From Candidatus Latescibacterota bacterium (lineage in GTDB: Bacteria > Latescibacterota > UBA2968 > UBA8231), in NCBI GenBank assembly GCA_964291625.2, contig OZ220089.1, positions 3,616,001 to 3,680,000 on the forward strand: 64,000 bases of DNA. The letters are read 5' to 3'. This document shows, piece after piece, positions 9,800 through 20,664 of this stretch. Position numbers and translations under genes: made by a program. The notes beneath the pieces were generated by a model that worked only from the letters and a program-made list of their open reading frames with translations, did not search any database and was not told the origin of the DNA. The stretch's first letter is position 1. Every line of letters begins with the position of its first letter.

Positions 9800-10085
9800 A
9801 CGCCATCGTCCGCTGACCACCGAGATGGGCTACTTCCGGAGCACCGCGACAAATGGACTACGCGCGCTATCACGCGGCCGGGCTGATCCTCTCCAGCGGT
9901 CCCGTGGAGCGCCGCCGCCAAAGCCCTGGTCGGCCATCTACTCAAACGCAGCGGCATGCGCTGGACCCGAGAGGGAGGCCAGCAGATCCTCAATCTCCGA
10001 GTCCAGGTGCAATCCAACCGATGGGAGGCTTTCTGGAAGTGGTACCTGCTCCAGACGACGCACCAGACCTACAAGAGGGCTGCAC
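9800..10085 (+). mobile_element. ISKra4-type transposase C-terminal fragment (remnant)
   Basis: Frameshifted GYF...MDYARYHAAGLILSSGPVE...LKRSGMRWTREGGQQILNLR...NRWEAFW, matching the SGxxE...RLKRSGxxW motif of the intact transposase at 17744. Confidence 0.8.
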
Positions 10086-10126
10086 AGAGCCGAGGCAACA
10101 CCCGAAACCAACCAAGGAGGCTCCTC

Positions 10127-10945
10127 ATGATCGCTCGTCGTATCGCATTGATCGTGCTGGCGACGCTGGCTCCCCTGGCGTCTCAGACGACGACCTTCGC
10201 AGTGTCCGACCACCTGCCTCTGGCCGTCGGCAACTCATGGACCTACGAAGTGTGGTTCTATGACCATGAGCCGGATGCGGTGACTTACACGGGGTATCGG
10301 GACTCTGAGTCGAAGAGAGTCACGCTTACCATCCTCAAAACAGAGGTATTGGACGGGGAGACCTACTATGTCTTCTCCGACATGCCTACTGGCTGGCCTC
10401 CCGCGCCTGTGCACTCTGTGGCCGGGAAGAAGCTGCGCTGGAACGGAAACAACCTGACCGAGCACAACGGCACATCCTCCTTCTCGGTGCTTCAATTCAG
10501 AGAAGGCCCGGAGGACGGTTCTGTCTTCTATGAATACACGGTGAGTCCTTCGGAGGCTGATGGTAATACGAAGGTAAAGATGTATGTAGCCGCCGACGCC
10601 AACGGCATGTACTCTTCGGGGTTTGACTTACGGGGCGGGACGATCTCTCCTTTTTCGGCAAGAATCGTGAGATTCATCACTGGCTACGGAATGACCTATG
10701 CCCAAGAATCCTACGTCCCAGAGGCAGACATGATGTACCCCACAAGAGAAACTTTCCTGCGCCCAGTAGAAGCTCGTCTTGCTTCGGATGATGACGACGC
10801 CAGAAGACAGACGACGTATCGGATCTATACGTATAAGGAAATCACTAGGGCTTCTTGGGGAGATACTGGCTTCCCCGAAGGGACCTCAGAGACTTCCACT
10901 GATCGGTCTTCTTGGGGTCAGGTCAAGGAGAGGGACCTGCGATGA
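10127..10945 (+). CDS. Secreted hypothetical protein, same family (P3)
   Basis: 272 aa from the ATG after AAGGAGG; DHLPLAVGNSWTY, GKKLRWNG, ends RSSWGQVKERDLR; ATGA overlap with the next gene. Confidence 0.85.
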   Translation: MIARRIALIVLATLAPLASQTTTFAVSDHLPLAVGNSWTYEVWFYDHEPDAVTYTGYRDSESKRVTLTILKTEVLDGETYYVFSDMPTGWPPAPVHSVAGKKLRWNGNNLTEHNGTSSFSVLQFREGPEDGSVFYEYTVSPSEADGNTKVKMYVAADANGMYSSGFDLRGGTISPFSARIVRFITGYGMTYAQESYVPEADMMYPTRETFLRPVEARLASDDDDARRQTTYRIYTYKEITRASWGDTGFPEGTSETSTDRSSWGQVKERDLR

Positions 10946-13900
10946 TGACTCGGGTTGGTGTGCTGGTTGTGATCTTCCTGTGGATCGGGTCACCGGTCCA
11001 CGGCCGGAAGAACGACACCTGGGTGGAGGATACGAACCTCTATGTGGTGCTTGTGAAGTTCGGCTCGGACCTGCCGCATGGATGGGTGGCTGGGTCTCCT
11101 CCGACTCCTGGCGATGACGCCTACACCATGGAGGACTTCGAGCGCCTGTTTGGCGTCGAGGACGCACCAGGGTTTGGAGAGACGGACACACAGTCGGTTG
11201 CGGACGGCAACGAACCGCTGCCCGAGTTGTACGGAAGCATCAAGGACTACTTTGATCATCTGTCGGGCGGCGAGTATGACCTGACCATCAAAATCCTCAA
11301 TCCAGAGGACAGCGAGGGGTATCCCAAGTGGCTTACCATCAACCGTGCAAAGTCGCACTATCTCAACTTGTTCCACCCAGACCGCCAATTCTATGAACAC
11401 AGCATCGAGAAGCTGGAAATGATGATGCCTCGCTGGTATCCCGGCGATCACCTGGACTATGTGATACCGGGATTGCTCCCTCATCCTCCAACCACCGGAA
11501 CCCCAAGTCCAGGCACTCCAGCTCAACGACGCACCAACAAGGTCGCGTTCGTGTATGCTGGGTTCACCTCCGCCAAGGATGCCAATTTCACGGCTCTGCA
11601 TCCGCGAGCAGAAAGCGTGTCCAGCCCCACACCGAGATCAGGGACCGGAGTGGCGTCCTATGCGACATGGTACCAGACGGGTGCGAGGCAAGGGGACGGC
11701 CTCGGTGGTACCGATCCGGCTGAGAAATTCTCGGGTATCGGTATTCACATCCACGAGATCGGCCACATCCTCGGCCTGAGCCATGGAAGAGGCCGGTCCA
11801 ATGTCACCAACCCGTATACCACCGTGAACAGGACACGAGGAACAGCCAACTTCCTGTCTTGGGGTCCCATGTCCTCGAACTCCCAAGGGCCTCACTCCCA
11901 AGGATCAGAGCACCCTACCGATGCGGACTATGCGTATCTGTACCAGTTCCAATCCTGCCCTGCTCCGTACAACCCCGCCTACATGAAGTTCCTTGGATGG
12001 GGAGACCATCATCGAATCACGAGGACCCAGAGCCAGCCCTTCCTCCCGTCTCCCGATGACTACTACTACATCGAGGGAGAGAACGACTCCAGATATCACT
12101 TCGACTTCCGCTCTGCGGACGACTTCGGTCATTACGTGCTCTCTCATGCGTTTGAAGATGCTCCTGGTCTGATGATCTGGAAGCACCGACAAGAGCCCCC
12201 GAGTGCGTACATATCCGCTACTGCACCCCGTGTCATCCCGGCCGACGGCCGATCCATATACAATGCCTTGCCGAACACAAAGAGCGGAGCCACGGTCAAG
12301 GAATTCAGCAGCACGGCGACCTACGCCTGGCTCGATCTCCTGTCGGACCCGTTCGGGGCTCTGCCCGACAACGGATCCGAGCAGACGATCCGAGCCTTAC
12401 CGCATTCGGTGGACAATCCCACCGAGCTGCCCTCGGTGCTGACCTATCGAAATCCCGAGCACCGATGGACGCCCGACTGGGCGACGGATGCGTCTCTGTT
12501 TCGGCAGAGGAACAGTGCAGGGCAGGACCGGCCATCCCATGTCGCCGTCCGCAACATCCACATCCTCCGCGATGAAGAGGGGTCCGGGTCTGCCGTAGCC
12601 AACGTCTACAAGAATTACCAGGAGGGCCCTCTCCATGAGGACATGGTCGAGTGGAGCGGAGACGTCTACGTCGGAGCGGACGTGACCATCGGAGAAGACC
12701 AGACCCTGGACATTGCCGATGACGCCGTCGTCCATTTCCTGGCACCTCGAAGTGCCGGCCCGACCTCGGAGCATCCCCACGGGGTGGACCCCAACGGTAC
12801 GAACATCACAGAGCTTATCGTCCAGGATAGTGGCACCCTCAACATCGGCAGGAACGTGACCTTTCGGTCCATGCGGGAGGAGTATACGGACTCTGACGGG
12901 GATCGAGTGGAGCAAGACGATGTCGATCCGGAGGGTCATGGCCTCATCGTCGAGTCGGGGGGCGAGGTCACCATCCAGGGCCTGACCATCACCGATGGCG
13001 ATCACTACCTGTACAGCGAGGGGGAGGTGACTCTGGCCGGGGACCTGAGGATCTCAGGCAAGCACTCCTCGTTGAACCTGCGTCGGAGCCCGTCCACTGC
13101 GGACGCCGCCGACGAGGCCGTGACGATCAAGATCGCATCCGGTGACGCGGCCATGGACGGCAGGGACGAAACCAAGGTGGAGATCATCGTGGACGGAGCG
13201 AAGTGGAAGGGTCAGACCCTCGTCGAGGCGGCCGAGCTGAACGCCCTCAACGACACCTTCGAGCCCGCCGATGACAACACGTCCGGATGGCAGGGCATCG
13301 AGATCAACGCCAACTCCGGCGGACGGGTGCACCTGACGGGAGCGACCCTGAAGGAAGGGGATTGGTGTCTGCGTGTGCCCTACCCGGAGCACGTCACGCT
13401 GGGCAACGCCACCTTCACCAACTACGGCCTGATGAAGCCGGTCGGGGATCACGACGTGCGCGAGTTCGAGAAGCTCGGCGACGACTACTGGACCGCCGGC
13501 TACAAGGTCCGGAGTTCCGTCACCGGCCCCAAAGACTCCCCGGCGAGTGTGGCCTGGTCCCTGTCCGGAGACGATGCCGGCCAGCTCGAGATCCATGCCG
13601 GCAGCGGTGTCCTGACGTTCGCGGATCCCGGGGCCGACTTCGAGGCTCGCTCGGACCGCGTCTACACGGCCACGGTCCAGGCCATCGTTGGACCGCCCGC
13701 CGTTCCTCTCGCCACGGTCGAGCAGGACGTGAAGATCACGGTCCTGGACGTCCCGGCTCCCGATGCGCCGGCCGTCACCCTGGATCCCGACAGCGGCCGT
13801 GAGACGGCGGGTGCGACGGTCACCCTGGACAACGACCAGGGAATGCGGGTGAGGCAGGTCCTGGCCCGGCTGTCGTCGGTGCCGGCGGAGGACCCGGACG

Positions 13901-14316
13901 GCACGCGCCAGTGGCACCCGCTGGGCCGGCCCAACGCGCCCGGCGCCCCGAGCGAGGCGGACGGGTACTACGAGACCTCGATCGCGTACACGAACGACAA
14001 CACCTACGAGTCCTGGAAGGAGTCCGGCACGGCGTACGAGTGGAGCGTATCGCCCAACCGGACCTACCGGTTCGAGGCGAAACTCGAGAACCTCGAAGGA
14101 GAGAGCGAGGTCGGGAGCGTCTCGTACACCCCCCCGCCGAGGGATCCTCTGACCATCTCGGGCCCGTCCACGCCGTTCTACTATATCGACTGGACGGCTC
14201 CCATCGGGACGTACAAGGAATGGCCCCGAGTTGTCTCGGTCCACTACACCTTCGACACAAATGACTCTCACATCCCGCATCTCGCCGGCTCAGCCGGCGC
14301 AAGGAGATGGCAATGA
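10942..14316 (+). CDS. M6-like (immune inhibitor A-like) metalloprotease with partial stalk, C-terminally truncated (protease 2)
   Basis: 1124 aa; signal peptide; VVLVKFGSD, YGSIKDYFDHLSGG, HEIGHILGLSH. Similarity to protease 3 stops abruptly at 14215, and there is no FlgD-type tail. Confidence 0.85.
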   Translation: MMTRVGVLVVIFLWIGSPVHGRKNDTWVEDTNLYVVLVKFGSDLPHGWVAGSPPTPGDDAYTMEDFERLFGVEDAPGFGETDTQSVADGNEPLPELYGSIKDYFDHLSGGEYDLTIKILNPEDSEGYPKWLTINRAKSHYLNLFHPDRQFYEHSIEKLEMMMPRWYPGDHLDYVIPGLLPHPPTTGTPSPGTPAQRRTNKVAFVYAGFTSAKDANFTALHPRAESVSSPTPRSGTGVASYATWYQTGARQGDGLGGTDPAEKFSGIGIHIHEIGHILGLSHGRGRSNVTNPYTTVNRTRGTANFLSWGPMSSNSQGPHSQGSEHPTDADYAYLYQFQSCPAPYNPAYMKFLGWGDHHRITRTQSQPFLPSPDDYYYIEGENDSRYHFDFRSADDFGHYVLSHAFEDAPGLMIWKHRQEPPSAYISATAPRVIPADGRSIYNALPNTKSGATVKEFSSTATYAWLDLLSDPFGALPDNGSEQTIRALPHSVDNPTELPSVLTYRNPEHRWTPDWATDASLFRQRNSAGQDRPSHVAVRNIHILRDEEGSGSAVANVYKNYQEGPLHEDMVEWSGDVYVGADVTIGEDQTLDIADDAVVHFLAPRSAGPTSEHPHGVDPNGTNITELIVQDSGTLNIGRNVTFRSMREEYTDSDGDRVEQDDVDPEGHGLIVESGGEVTIQGLTITDGDHYLYSEGEVTLAGDLRISGKHSSLNLRRSPSTADAADEAVTIKIASGDAAMDGRDETKVEIIVDGAKWKGQTLVEAAELNALNDTFEPADDNTSGWQGIEINANSGGRVHLTGATLKEGDWCLRVPYPEHVTLGNATFTNYGLMKPVGDHDVREFEKLGDDYWTAGYKVRSSVTGPKDSPASVAWSLSGDDAGQLEIHAGSGVLTFADPGADFEARSDRVYTATVQAIVGPPAVPLATVEQDVKITVLDVPAPDAPAVTLDPDSGRETAGATVTLDNDQGMRVRQVLARLSSVPAEDPDGTRQWHPLGRPNAPGAPSEADGYYETSIAYTNDNTYESWKESGTAYEWSVSPNRTYRFEAKLENLEGESEVGSVSYTPPPRDPLTISGPSTPFYYIDWTAPIGTYKEWPRVVSVHYTFDTNDSHIPHLAGSAGARRWQ
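12664..14215 (+). repeat. ~1.55-kb near-identical direct repeat of 16986-17621 + 19204-20119
   Basis: Long stretches identical by eye, from GTCTACGTCGG...GACGTGACCATCGGAGAAGACCAGACCCT to GCTCCCATCGGGACGTACA. Confidence 0.92.
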
Positions 14317-15233
14317 TCGCTCGCATCGCAGTGCTCGTCCTAGGTGCGCTTCCACTGAGAGCACAGACGATAGACCCAACCGCCGACGGCTCCAGCTACA
14401 CCGTGCAGGACTCCTATACGATCCAGGACTTCATGCCGATGGCCGTCGGCAACTCATGGACCTTCGAGCATCTGTACATGGACCAACGCCACTTCTACGA
14501 TCCGGACCACACGGAGAATCTGCATCTCACGGATAGTATCCACCATGGCTCTGGGTACTTCCCCACCTGGGATGCTTCTGACAAACGTCTGACGATCTCC
14601 ATTGTCCGCACGGAAGTGCACGATGGGAACACGTACTACGTGTTCTCGGCCACCCTGCCCTCAGGCAGCTGGCCGCCGGCCCCCGGGTTCACGGAGTCCA
14701 GCACCACAAAGCTCCTGCTCGGGATGAAACTTCGATGGGATGGGGACACTATCATGATGTGGGACGGAGTGTCCGCTGTAGAGCTGCTTCGGTTCCCTGC
14801 TCTTCCCAGCAATTCTGACCTTAGAGTCGAAGATACTGCCTATAACGCCTCGATTGACGGTCAGTCCTACCCCGTCAGCACATATAGTAGACTGAGTCGT
14901 CTCAACGACATTCCCGAGATTGGATTCGCTTTCTCTTCGCACGGATTCGGATCCGGGATAGGGTTCGTCGGCGGATTCGGAGTCATCGGCACTACCCTAT
15001 CCAGCGACCGCATTGACATAGATGTTGGTCCTCCTTTTTGGAACGAGCTTTTCGGAGTGGAGGCCACTCTTGTGGTGGATGGCGACGGCGGTAGCCGAGA
15101 CTCCTCCGACATCTCAGACAGTCAAGAGACTATCACCATTGACAGGTCTGACCTCCGGTATTGGCAACGCAGGGGTCGCCGATCCACCTCCCTCACAAAC
15201 TCATCTTGGGGTGCCGTAAAGGAGACCGACTGA
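14313..15233 (+). CDS. Secreted hypothetical protein, same family (P4)
   Basis: 306 aa from the ATG after AAGGAG; QDFMPMAVGNSWTF, GMKLRWDG, ends NSSWGAVKETD; stop directly abuts the next ATG (TGAATG). Confidence 0.85.
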   Translation: MIARIAVLVLGALPLRAQTIDPTADGSSYTVQDSYTIQDFMPMAVGNSWTFEHLYMDQRHFYDPDHTENLHLTDSIHHGSGYFPTWDASDKRLTISIVRTEVHDGNTYYVFSATLPSGSWPPAPGFTESSTTKLLLGMKLRWDGDTIMMWDGVSAVELLRFPALPSNSDLRVEDTAYNASIDGQSYPVSTYSRLSRLNDIPEIGFAFSSHGFGSGIGFVGGFGVIGTTLSSDRIDIDVGPPFWNELFGVEATLVVDGDGGSRDSSDISDSQETITIDRSDLRYWQRRGRRSTSLTNSSWGAVKETD

Positions 15234-17621
15234 ATGACACGGAGCTGCGCCACAGCCATGGCCATCCTGGCGTTTCTCGTGGAGGATGGCATGGCCCAGA
15301 GATTGCGTTGGACTCGCAACACGACGCTGAACGTAGTCCTTGTAACCTTCCCGGACGATCTGCCCCAGGGCCATACCCGGAGCGACGACGGGGATGATTC
15401 CACCTACGATCTGGTGCCGGGGTCCACGGCCTACAAGATCAGCGACTTCGAGCGTCTCCTCGGTGTAGACGAAGCCGATGACTTCGGCAGTTTCGCTAAT
15501 CCGACAGGGGTTAGAGTGGGCACGGACGAAGACCTCCCCGAGACCTATGGCAGCCTGAAGAAGTACTTCGATGACATCTCTGGAGGAGACTACAACCTCA
15601 CTGTGAGGATCCTCAACCCCCCTCATCCTGATTCGGATCACGACGAGTATCCTCGCTGGATGGAGATGGCTCTAAACAAGAGCCACTACAGAGCAATCCC
15701 CATCCGCAATACTCCCCCGCCGTATACAAGGCGCGAATTCTTCATAGATGCCACAGCCATCCTGCACAGTGGCACGATAGATCTCTCATCGTTTTCGGAC
15801 GTGCCCAGCAATGACTCTGGGCGATCTCTGACAACCGCAAACAAAATCGTCTTCATCCACTCGGGAACGTCCATTTCAGATGGATCTGTATTGCATCCTC
15901 AGGTGGACGCCTTCAGAGGATATCGGTATGTCATCGGCGAGCGGATGGGTCTTGCCTCTGATCGAGAGAGAGCTGACGATGCCATCCGGTTTGGTGGACT
16001 CAGTCTCCATGCCCACGAGATCGGTCATCTGTTGGGGTTCCGCCATCCTGGAGGATTCTCAACGGTAGAGAATGTCTACCGGATGCAGACTCCAGGAGAC
16101 ACCTACAGGGACGGGGACGGCAATCGGCAAACCTATGAGCGATGGGGTGGGGCGGACATGGCGGGATGGGGCCTCATGCAAGGAGATGAGAACGGACCCG
16201 CCCTGGAGAGCAGCTTGCCGAGAGACACAGATTATGCCTATGTGGCCTCTCACAGATCATGCCCTCAGTATTACAATGGCATCTTCATGAGAGACCTTGA
16301 TTGGGGCACCCATACTCCCATCACCACGACAACGCAGAGCCAGAGGGTTGATCCGGCGCCGGATGACTTCTATCACATTGAGTACCAGCACACCGTCATC
16401 CATGGGGTTCAGCGACCGCGATGGATCGTGCTGGACTTTCGCACGGCGGTCGATTGGGGACAGTATGTGAGTTGGTACCGCTTCGCGCAGCCAGCGGGGC
16501 TGTTGGTCTGGAGAGGAGACTTCTGGAGTGCACAGTTGCTCCCTGCCGATGGACGGCCCCTCAGCAATGCCCTGGGTGTGCATGCTGGGTACTCCTCTCG
16601 TGAATTCAGCACGACGGACATCTATCCCTGGATGGAGAGATTGTCCGATCCGTTTGGGGCAATTGAAGGCAACGGACTTCGGCAGACCATTCTCTCGATG
16701 AAAGCCTACAAGGAAGACGGCGAGACTCTGACGGACGATCCGCTGGTATTGACGGGGGGCACCCATCGGTGGACGCCCGATTGGGCGACGGATGACAATC
16801 TGCTGACCCTGATAAACCAAACGGATGTTGATTCTGACTTGATCACGGAGACCTCCGACACCCATATCGCTCTGAGAAACATACATGTGGTGCGCGGCGG
16901 AGCCTCGGGGTATGCTTTGGTGAATGTCTACCTCAACTACCAGGAAGGGCCTCTCCCGGATGATGCGGTAGAGTGGAGTGGCAGTGTCTACGTCGGTGCC
17001 GACGTGACCATCGGAGAAGACCAGACCCTCGACATTGCCGATGACGCCGTCGTCCATTTCCTGGCACCTCGAAGTGCCGGCCCGACCTCCGAGCATCCCC
17101 ACGGGGTGGACCCCAACGGTACGAACATCACAGAGCTTATCGTCCAGGATAGTGGCACTCTCAACATCGGCAGGAACGTGACCTTTCGGTCGATGCGGGA
17201 GGAGTATACCGACTCTGACGGCGATCGAGTGGATCAAGAGGATGTCGATCCGGAGGACCACGGCCTCACCGTCGAGTCGGGGGGCGAGGTCACCATCCAG
17301 GGCCTGACCATCACCGATGGAGATCACTACCTGTACAGCGAGGGGGAGGTGACTCTGGCGGGGGACTTGAGGATCTCAGGCAGGAACTCCTCGTTGAACC
17401 TGCGTCGGAAACCGTCCACCGCGGCCGGTACCGACGAGGCCGTGACGATCAAGATCGCATCCGGTGACGCGACCATGGGGGGAGAGAACACCTCCAAGGT
17501 GGAGATCATCGTGGCCGGAGCGAAATGGGACGACAAGACCCTTGTCGAGGCGGCCGAGCTCAACGCTGTCAACGACACCTTCGAGCCCGCCGATGACAAC
17601 ACGTCCGGATGGCAGGGCATC

Positions 17622-19195
17622 GGGCACCTTAGGCGATTGTTATAGCGGGATTTGGGGACGTATGTGTATGTTTTCCAGTGACTTGCTGTCGGTGGCCGCC
17701 TCCCCCGCGGCCGGCTCCCCTGCCTTGACGAAGGAGGGGAGCGATGACCGCGATTCTCTCTCTGGCGCCCTTTCAGCGGCGGCCGCTGTGGGAGCGCTTC
17801 CGAGATCAAGCGCATGAAGCCCTGGATGCGTTGCTGGATCGGCTGGAAGCCGGCATGACCCAACCCGGAAGTTGTGCGCCGACGTTGATGGAGATCACCG
17901 ACGCGGTGTCCCAAGAGCGCGCCGGACTCACCGCGGCCCTGGTGGAAGGCTTCGTCGAACGCCGCCATGGCCCGTTGCTGACGCAACAAGAGGCGGCTTG
18001 CCCCCAGTGTGAGCGCCTCTTGCCGGCGCGGGCTTCGCGCTCTCGCACGGTGGAAACCCTCTTGGGGCCGGTGACCTTGGAGCGGCCCTATTTCTACTGC
18101 GCGGCCTGTCACCACGGGTTCTATCCGCTGGACGAGGCCTTGGCTTTGTCGGGGCACCGCAAGCAGACGGACGTGCAGCAGGCCGGAGTCAAGCTGGCGC
18201 TGGAGATGCCCCACCAGCGCGCCTCGAAGCTGTTGGACGAGCTGACCGACGCGTCGATGAGCGACCGTGTGATTCACGAGGTGCTGCAACAGACCGGGGC
18301 CTTGGACGTGCTGCAGGTGTGTCCAGACGCGGCCGACATCCAGGATCGCATTGCCCGGGCCGCCGCCGGCCGCAAGTGGCGGCCGATCGTGGTGTTGGCC
18401 ATCGACGCGGCCGACGTGCCCAGCCGTCCCGAGACCGCCAAAGGGACGCGTCCCGGGCGCAAGAAGAGCCGGGCCCGGCGAAGGCGCTGGCAGGGGGAAT
18501 ACCACGAGGCCAAGGGCTTTCGCTTCTACCTGGTCGACGACGACCGCATCGAGCAGTTGATCTCCTGGCACCAGATGGGCGACGAACAGGCTTTCGGTGC
18601 GGCTTTGCGCCAAGTCCAGGAGGCGGGCCTGATCCCGGAGGACCAGGTGCGCTTGTGTGCCATCGCCGATGGCGCCCCGTGGATCTGGAAGTGGGTGGAA
18701 GAGCTGTTCCCGAAGGCCCGTCAGATCCTCGACTACTACCATTGCAGCGGCTACCTGCACGCGGTGGCCGAGGCGCAATACGGTGCCGACGGGACCCGGG
18801 CCGCTCATTGGCTGGAGGCGGCCCTGGCCCGCCTGTTCTGCGGCGAGGCGGCGGGCGTGGTCTGGGGTCTGCAGCGCATGCAGCCGGTCTCGGACGAGGC
18901 CGAAGAGGCGATCGGCGCGGCCGTGACGTACCTGCACAAGCGGCTGCACCAAGTCGACTTCGGCAGTCATCGGAAGGGGGGCTACCCGATCGGCTCCGGG
19001 GCGATCGAGTCGGCCCATCGTTTCATCGGCCATGTTCGCCTGAAGCGATCCGGCGCCTGGTGGTATCAGGAAAACAGCAACGCCATCCTGGCCCTGCGCT
19101 GCGCCCTCTACAACGGTACCCTCGATCGCGTCTTCCAGAAGCACCAAGATCACCTCACAAAATCACCGGAACCGTAACAATCACCTAATGCACCC
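17622..19195 (+). mobile_element. Complete ISKra4-type insertion sequence (1574 bp)
   Basis: Left IR GGGCACCTTAGGCGATTGTTA versus right IR (reverse complement) GGGTGCATTAGGTGATTGTTA, 17/21 identical; 8-bp target duplication AGGGCATC at 17614-17621 and 19196-19203. Confidence 0.93.
17744..19177 (+). CDS. ISKra4-family DDE transposase
   Basis: 477 aa; CPQC...RPYFYCAAC...YPLDEAL; LAIDA; IADGAPWIW; ILDYYH; IGSGAIESAH...RLKRSGAWW. Confidence 0.9.
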   Translation: MTAILSLAPFQRRPLWERFRDQAHEALDALLDRLEAGMTQPGSCAPTLMEITDAVSQERAGLTAALVEGFVERRHGPLLTQQEAACPQCERLLPARASRSRTVETLLGPVTLERPYFYCAACHHGFYPLDEALALSGHRKQTDVQQAGVKLALEMPHQRASKLLDELTDASMSDRVIHEVLQQTGALDVLQVCPDAADIQDRIARAAAGRKWRPIVVLAIDAADVPSRPETAKGTRPGRKKSRARRRRWQGEYHEAKGFRFYLVDDDRIEQLISWHQMGDEQAFGAALRQVQEAGLIPEDQVRLCAIADGAPWIWKWVEELFPKARQILDYYHCSGYLHAVAEAQYGADGTRAAHWLEAALARLFCGEAAGVVWGLQRMQPVSDEAEEAIGAAVTYLHKRLHQVDFGSHRKGGYPIGSGAIESAHRFIGHVRLKRSGAWWYQENSNAILALRCALYNGTLDRVFQKHQDHLTKSPEP

Positions 19196-20664
19196 AGGGC
19201 ATCGAGATCAACGCCAACTCCGGCGGACGGGTGCACCTGACGGGAGCGACCCTGAAGGAAGGGGATTGGTGTCTGCGTGTGCCCTACCCGGAGCACGTCA
19301 CGCTGGGCAACGCCACCTTCACCAACTGCGGCCTGATGAAGCCGGTCGGGGATCACGACGTGCGCGAGTTCGAGAAGCTCGGCGACGACTACTGGACCGC
19401 CGGCTACAAGGTCCGGAGTTCCGTCACCGGCCCCAAAGACTCCCCGGCGAGTGCGGCATGGTCCCTGTCCGGAGACGATGCCGGCCAGCTCGAGATCAAC
19501 GCCGGCAGCGGCGTCCTGACGTTCGCGGATCCCGGGGCCGACTTCGAGGCTCGCTCGGACCGCGTCTACACGGCCACCATCCAGGCCGTCGTTGGACCGT
19601 CCGCAGCTCCTCTTGCCACGGTCGAGCAGGACGTGAAGATCACGGTCCTGGACGTCCCGGCCCCCGATGCGCCGGCCGTCACCCTGGATCCCGACAGCGG
19701 CCGTGAGACGGCGGGGGCGACGGTCACCCTGGACGACGACCAGGGAATGCGGGTGAGGCAGGTCCTGGCCCGGCTGTCGTCCGTGCCGGTGGATGACCCG
19801 GAAGGCACGCGCCAGTGGCACCCGCTGGGCCGGCCCAACGCGCCCGGCTCGCCGAGTGAGGCGGACGGGTTCCACGAGACCTCGATCGCGTACACGAACG
19901 ACAGCACCTACGAGTCCTGGAAGGAGTCCGGCACGGCGTACGAGTGGAGCGTATCGCCCGACCGGACCTACCGGTTCGAGGCGAAACTCGAGAACCTCGA
20001 AGGAGAGAGCGAGGTCGGGAGCGTCTCGTACACCCCCCCGCCGAGGGATCCTCTGACCATCTCGGGCCCGGCCACGCCCTTCTACTACATCGACTGGACG
20101 GCTCCCATCGGGACGTACACCGCGGCCGACAGCGACGGCGACGCGGTGACGGGTCTCTCCTGGACGGCCTCGGACGACAAGTTCGTCATCAGCGAGGCCG
20201 GGCAACTGAGCTGGGCCACCGGCCAGAGGCCCGCCTACAGCGAGAGCGGCCGCAACGAGTACGAGGTGAACGTCGAGGCCAGCAGCTCGACCCACGAGTC
20301 GCCCGAGTACGCCGTCACGGTAACCCTCCGGCGCAATACCGCCGGGCAGGTCTCCCTGACGAATTCCGATCCGCCGACCTCGGGGGAGACGATGGTGGCC
20401 AGTCTCACCGATCCCGATGATCCCAAGACCATCCTGTCGTGGACTTGGGCCCGGATCTCCGGGGACGACGAGACGCCGCTGACGGGCACGGACTCCGAGG
20501 ATGGTCTGACATCGAAGTACCAGATGGACAGCGAGGACGTAGGCGCCCGGGTCCGCGCCACGGTTACCTACGACGACGCTCACCAGGACGGGGCGACGGC
20601 CGCCCGCACGACGGCGGCTGTGGAGCCGGGGAACAGTGCGCCGACGATCTCGGGCGAAGCGACG

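Noticed and set aside
9956-10126. N-terminal extension of the listed 329-aa ORF
   Set aside because: It is the transposase remnant in frame with P3; the RBS and signal peptide point to 10127.
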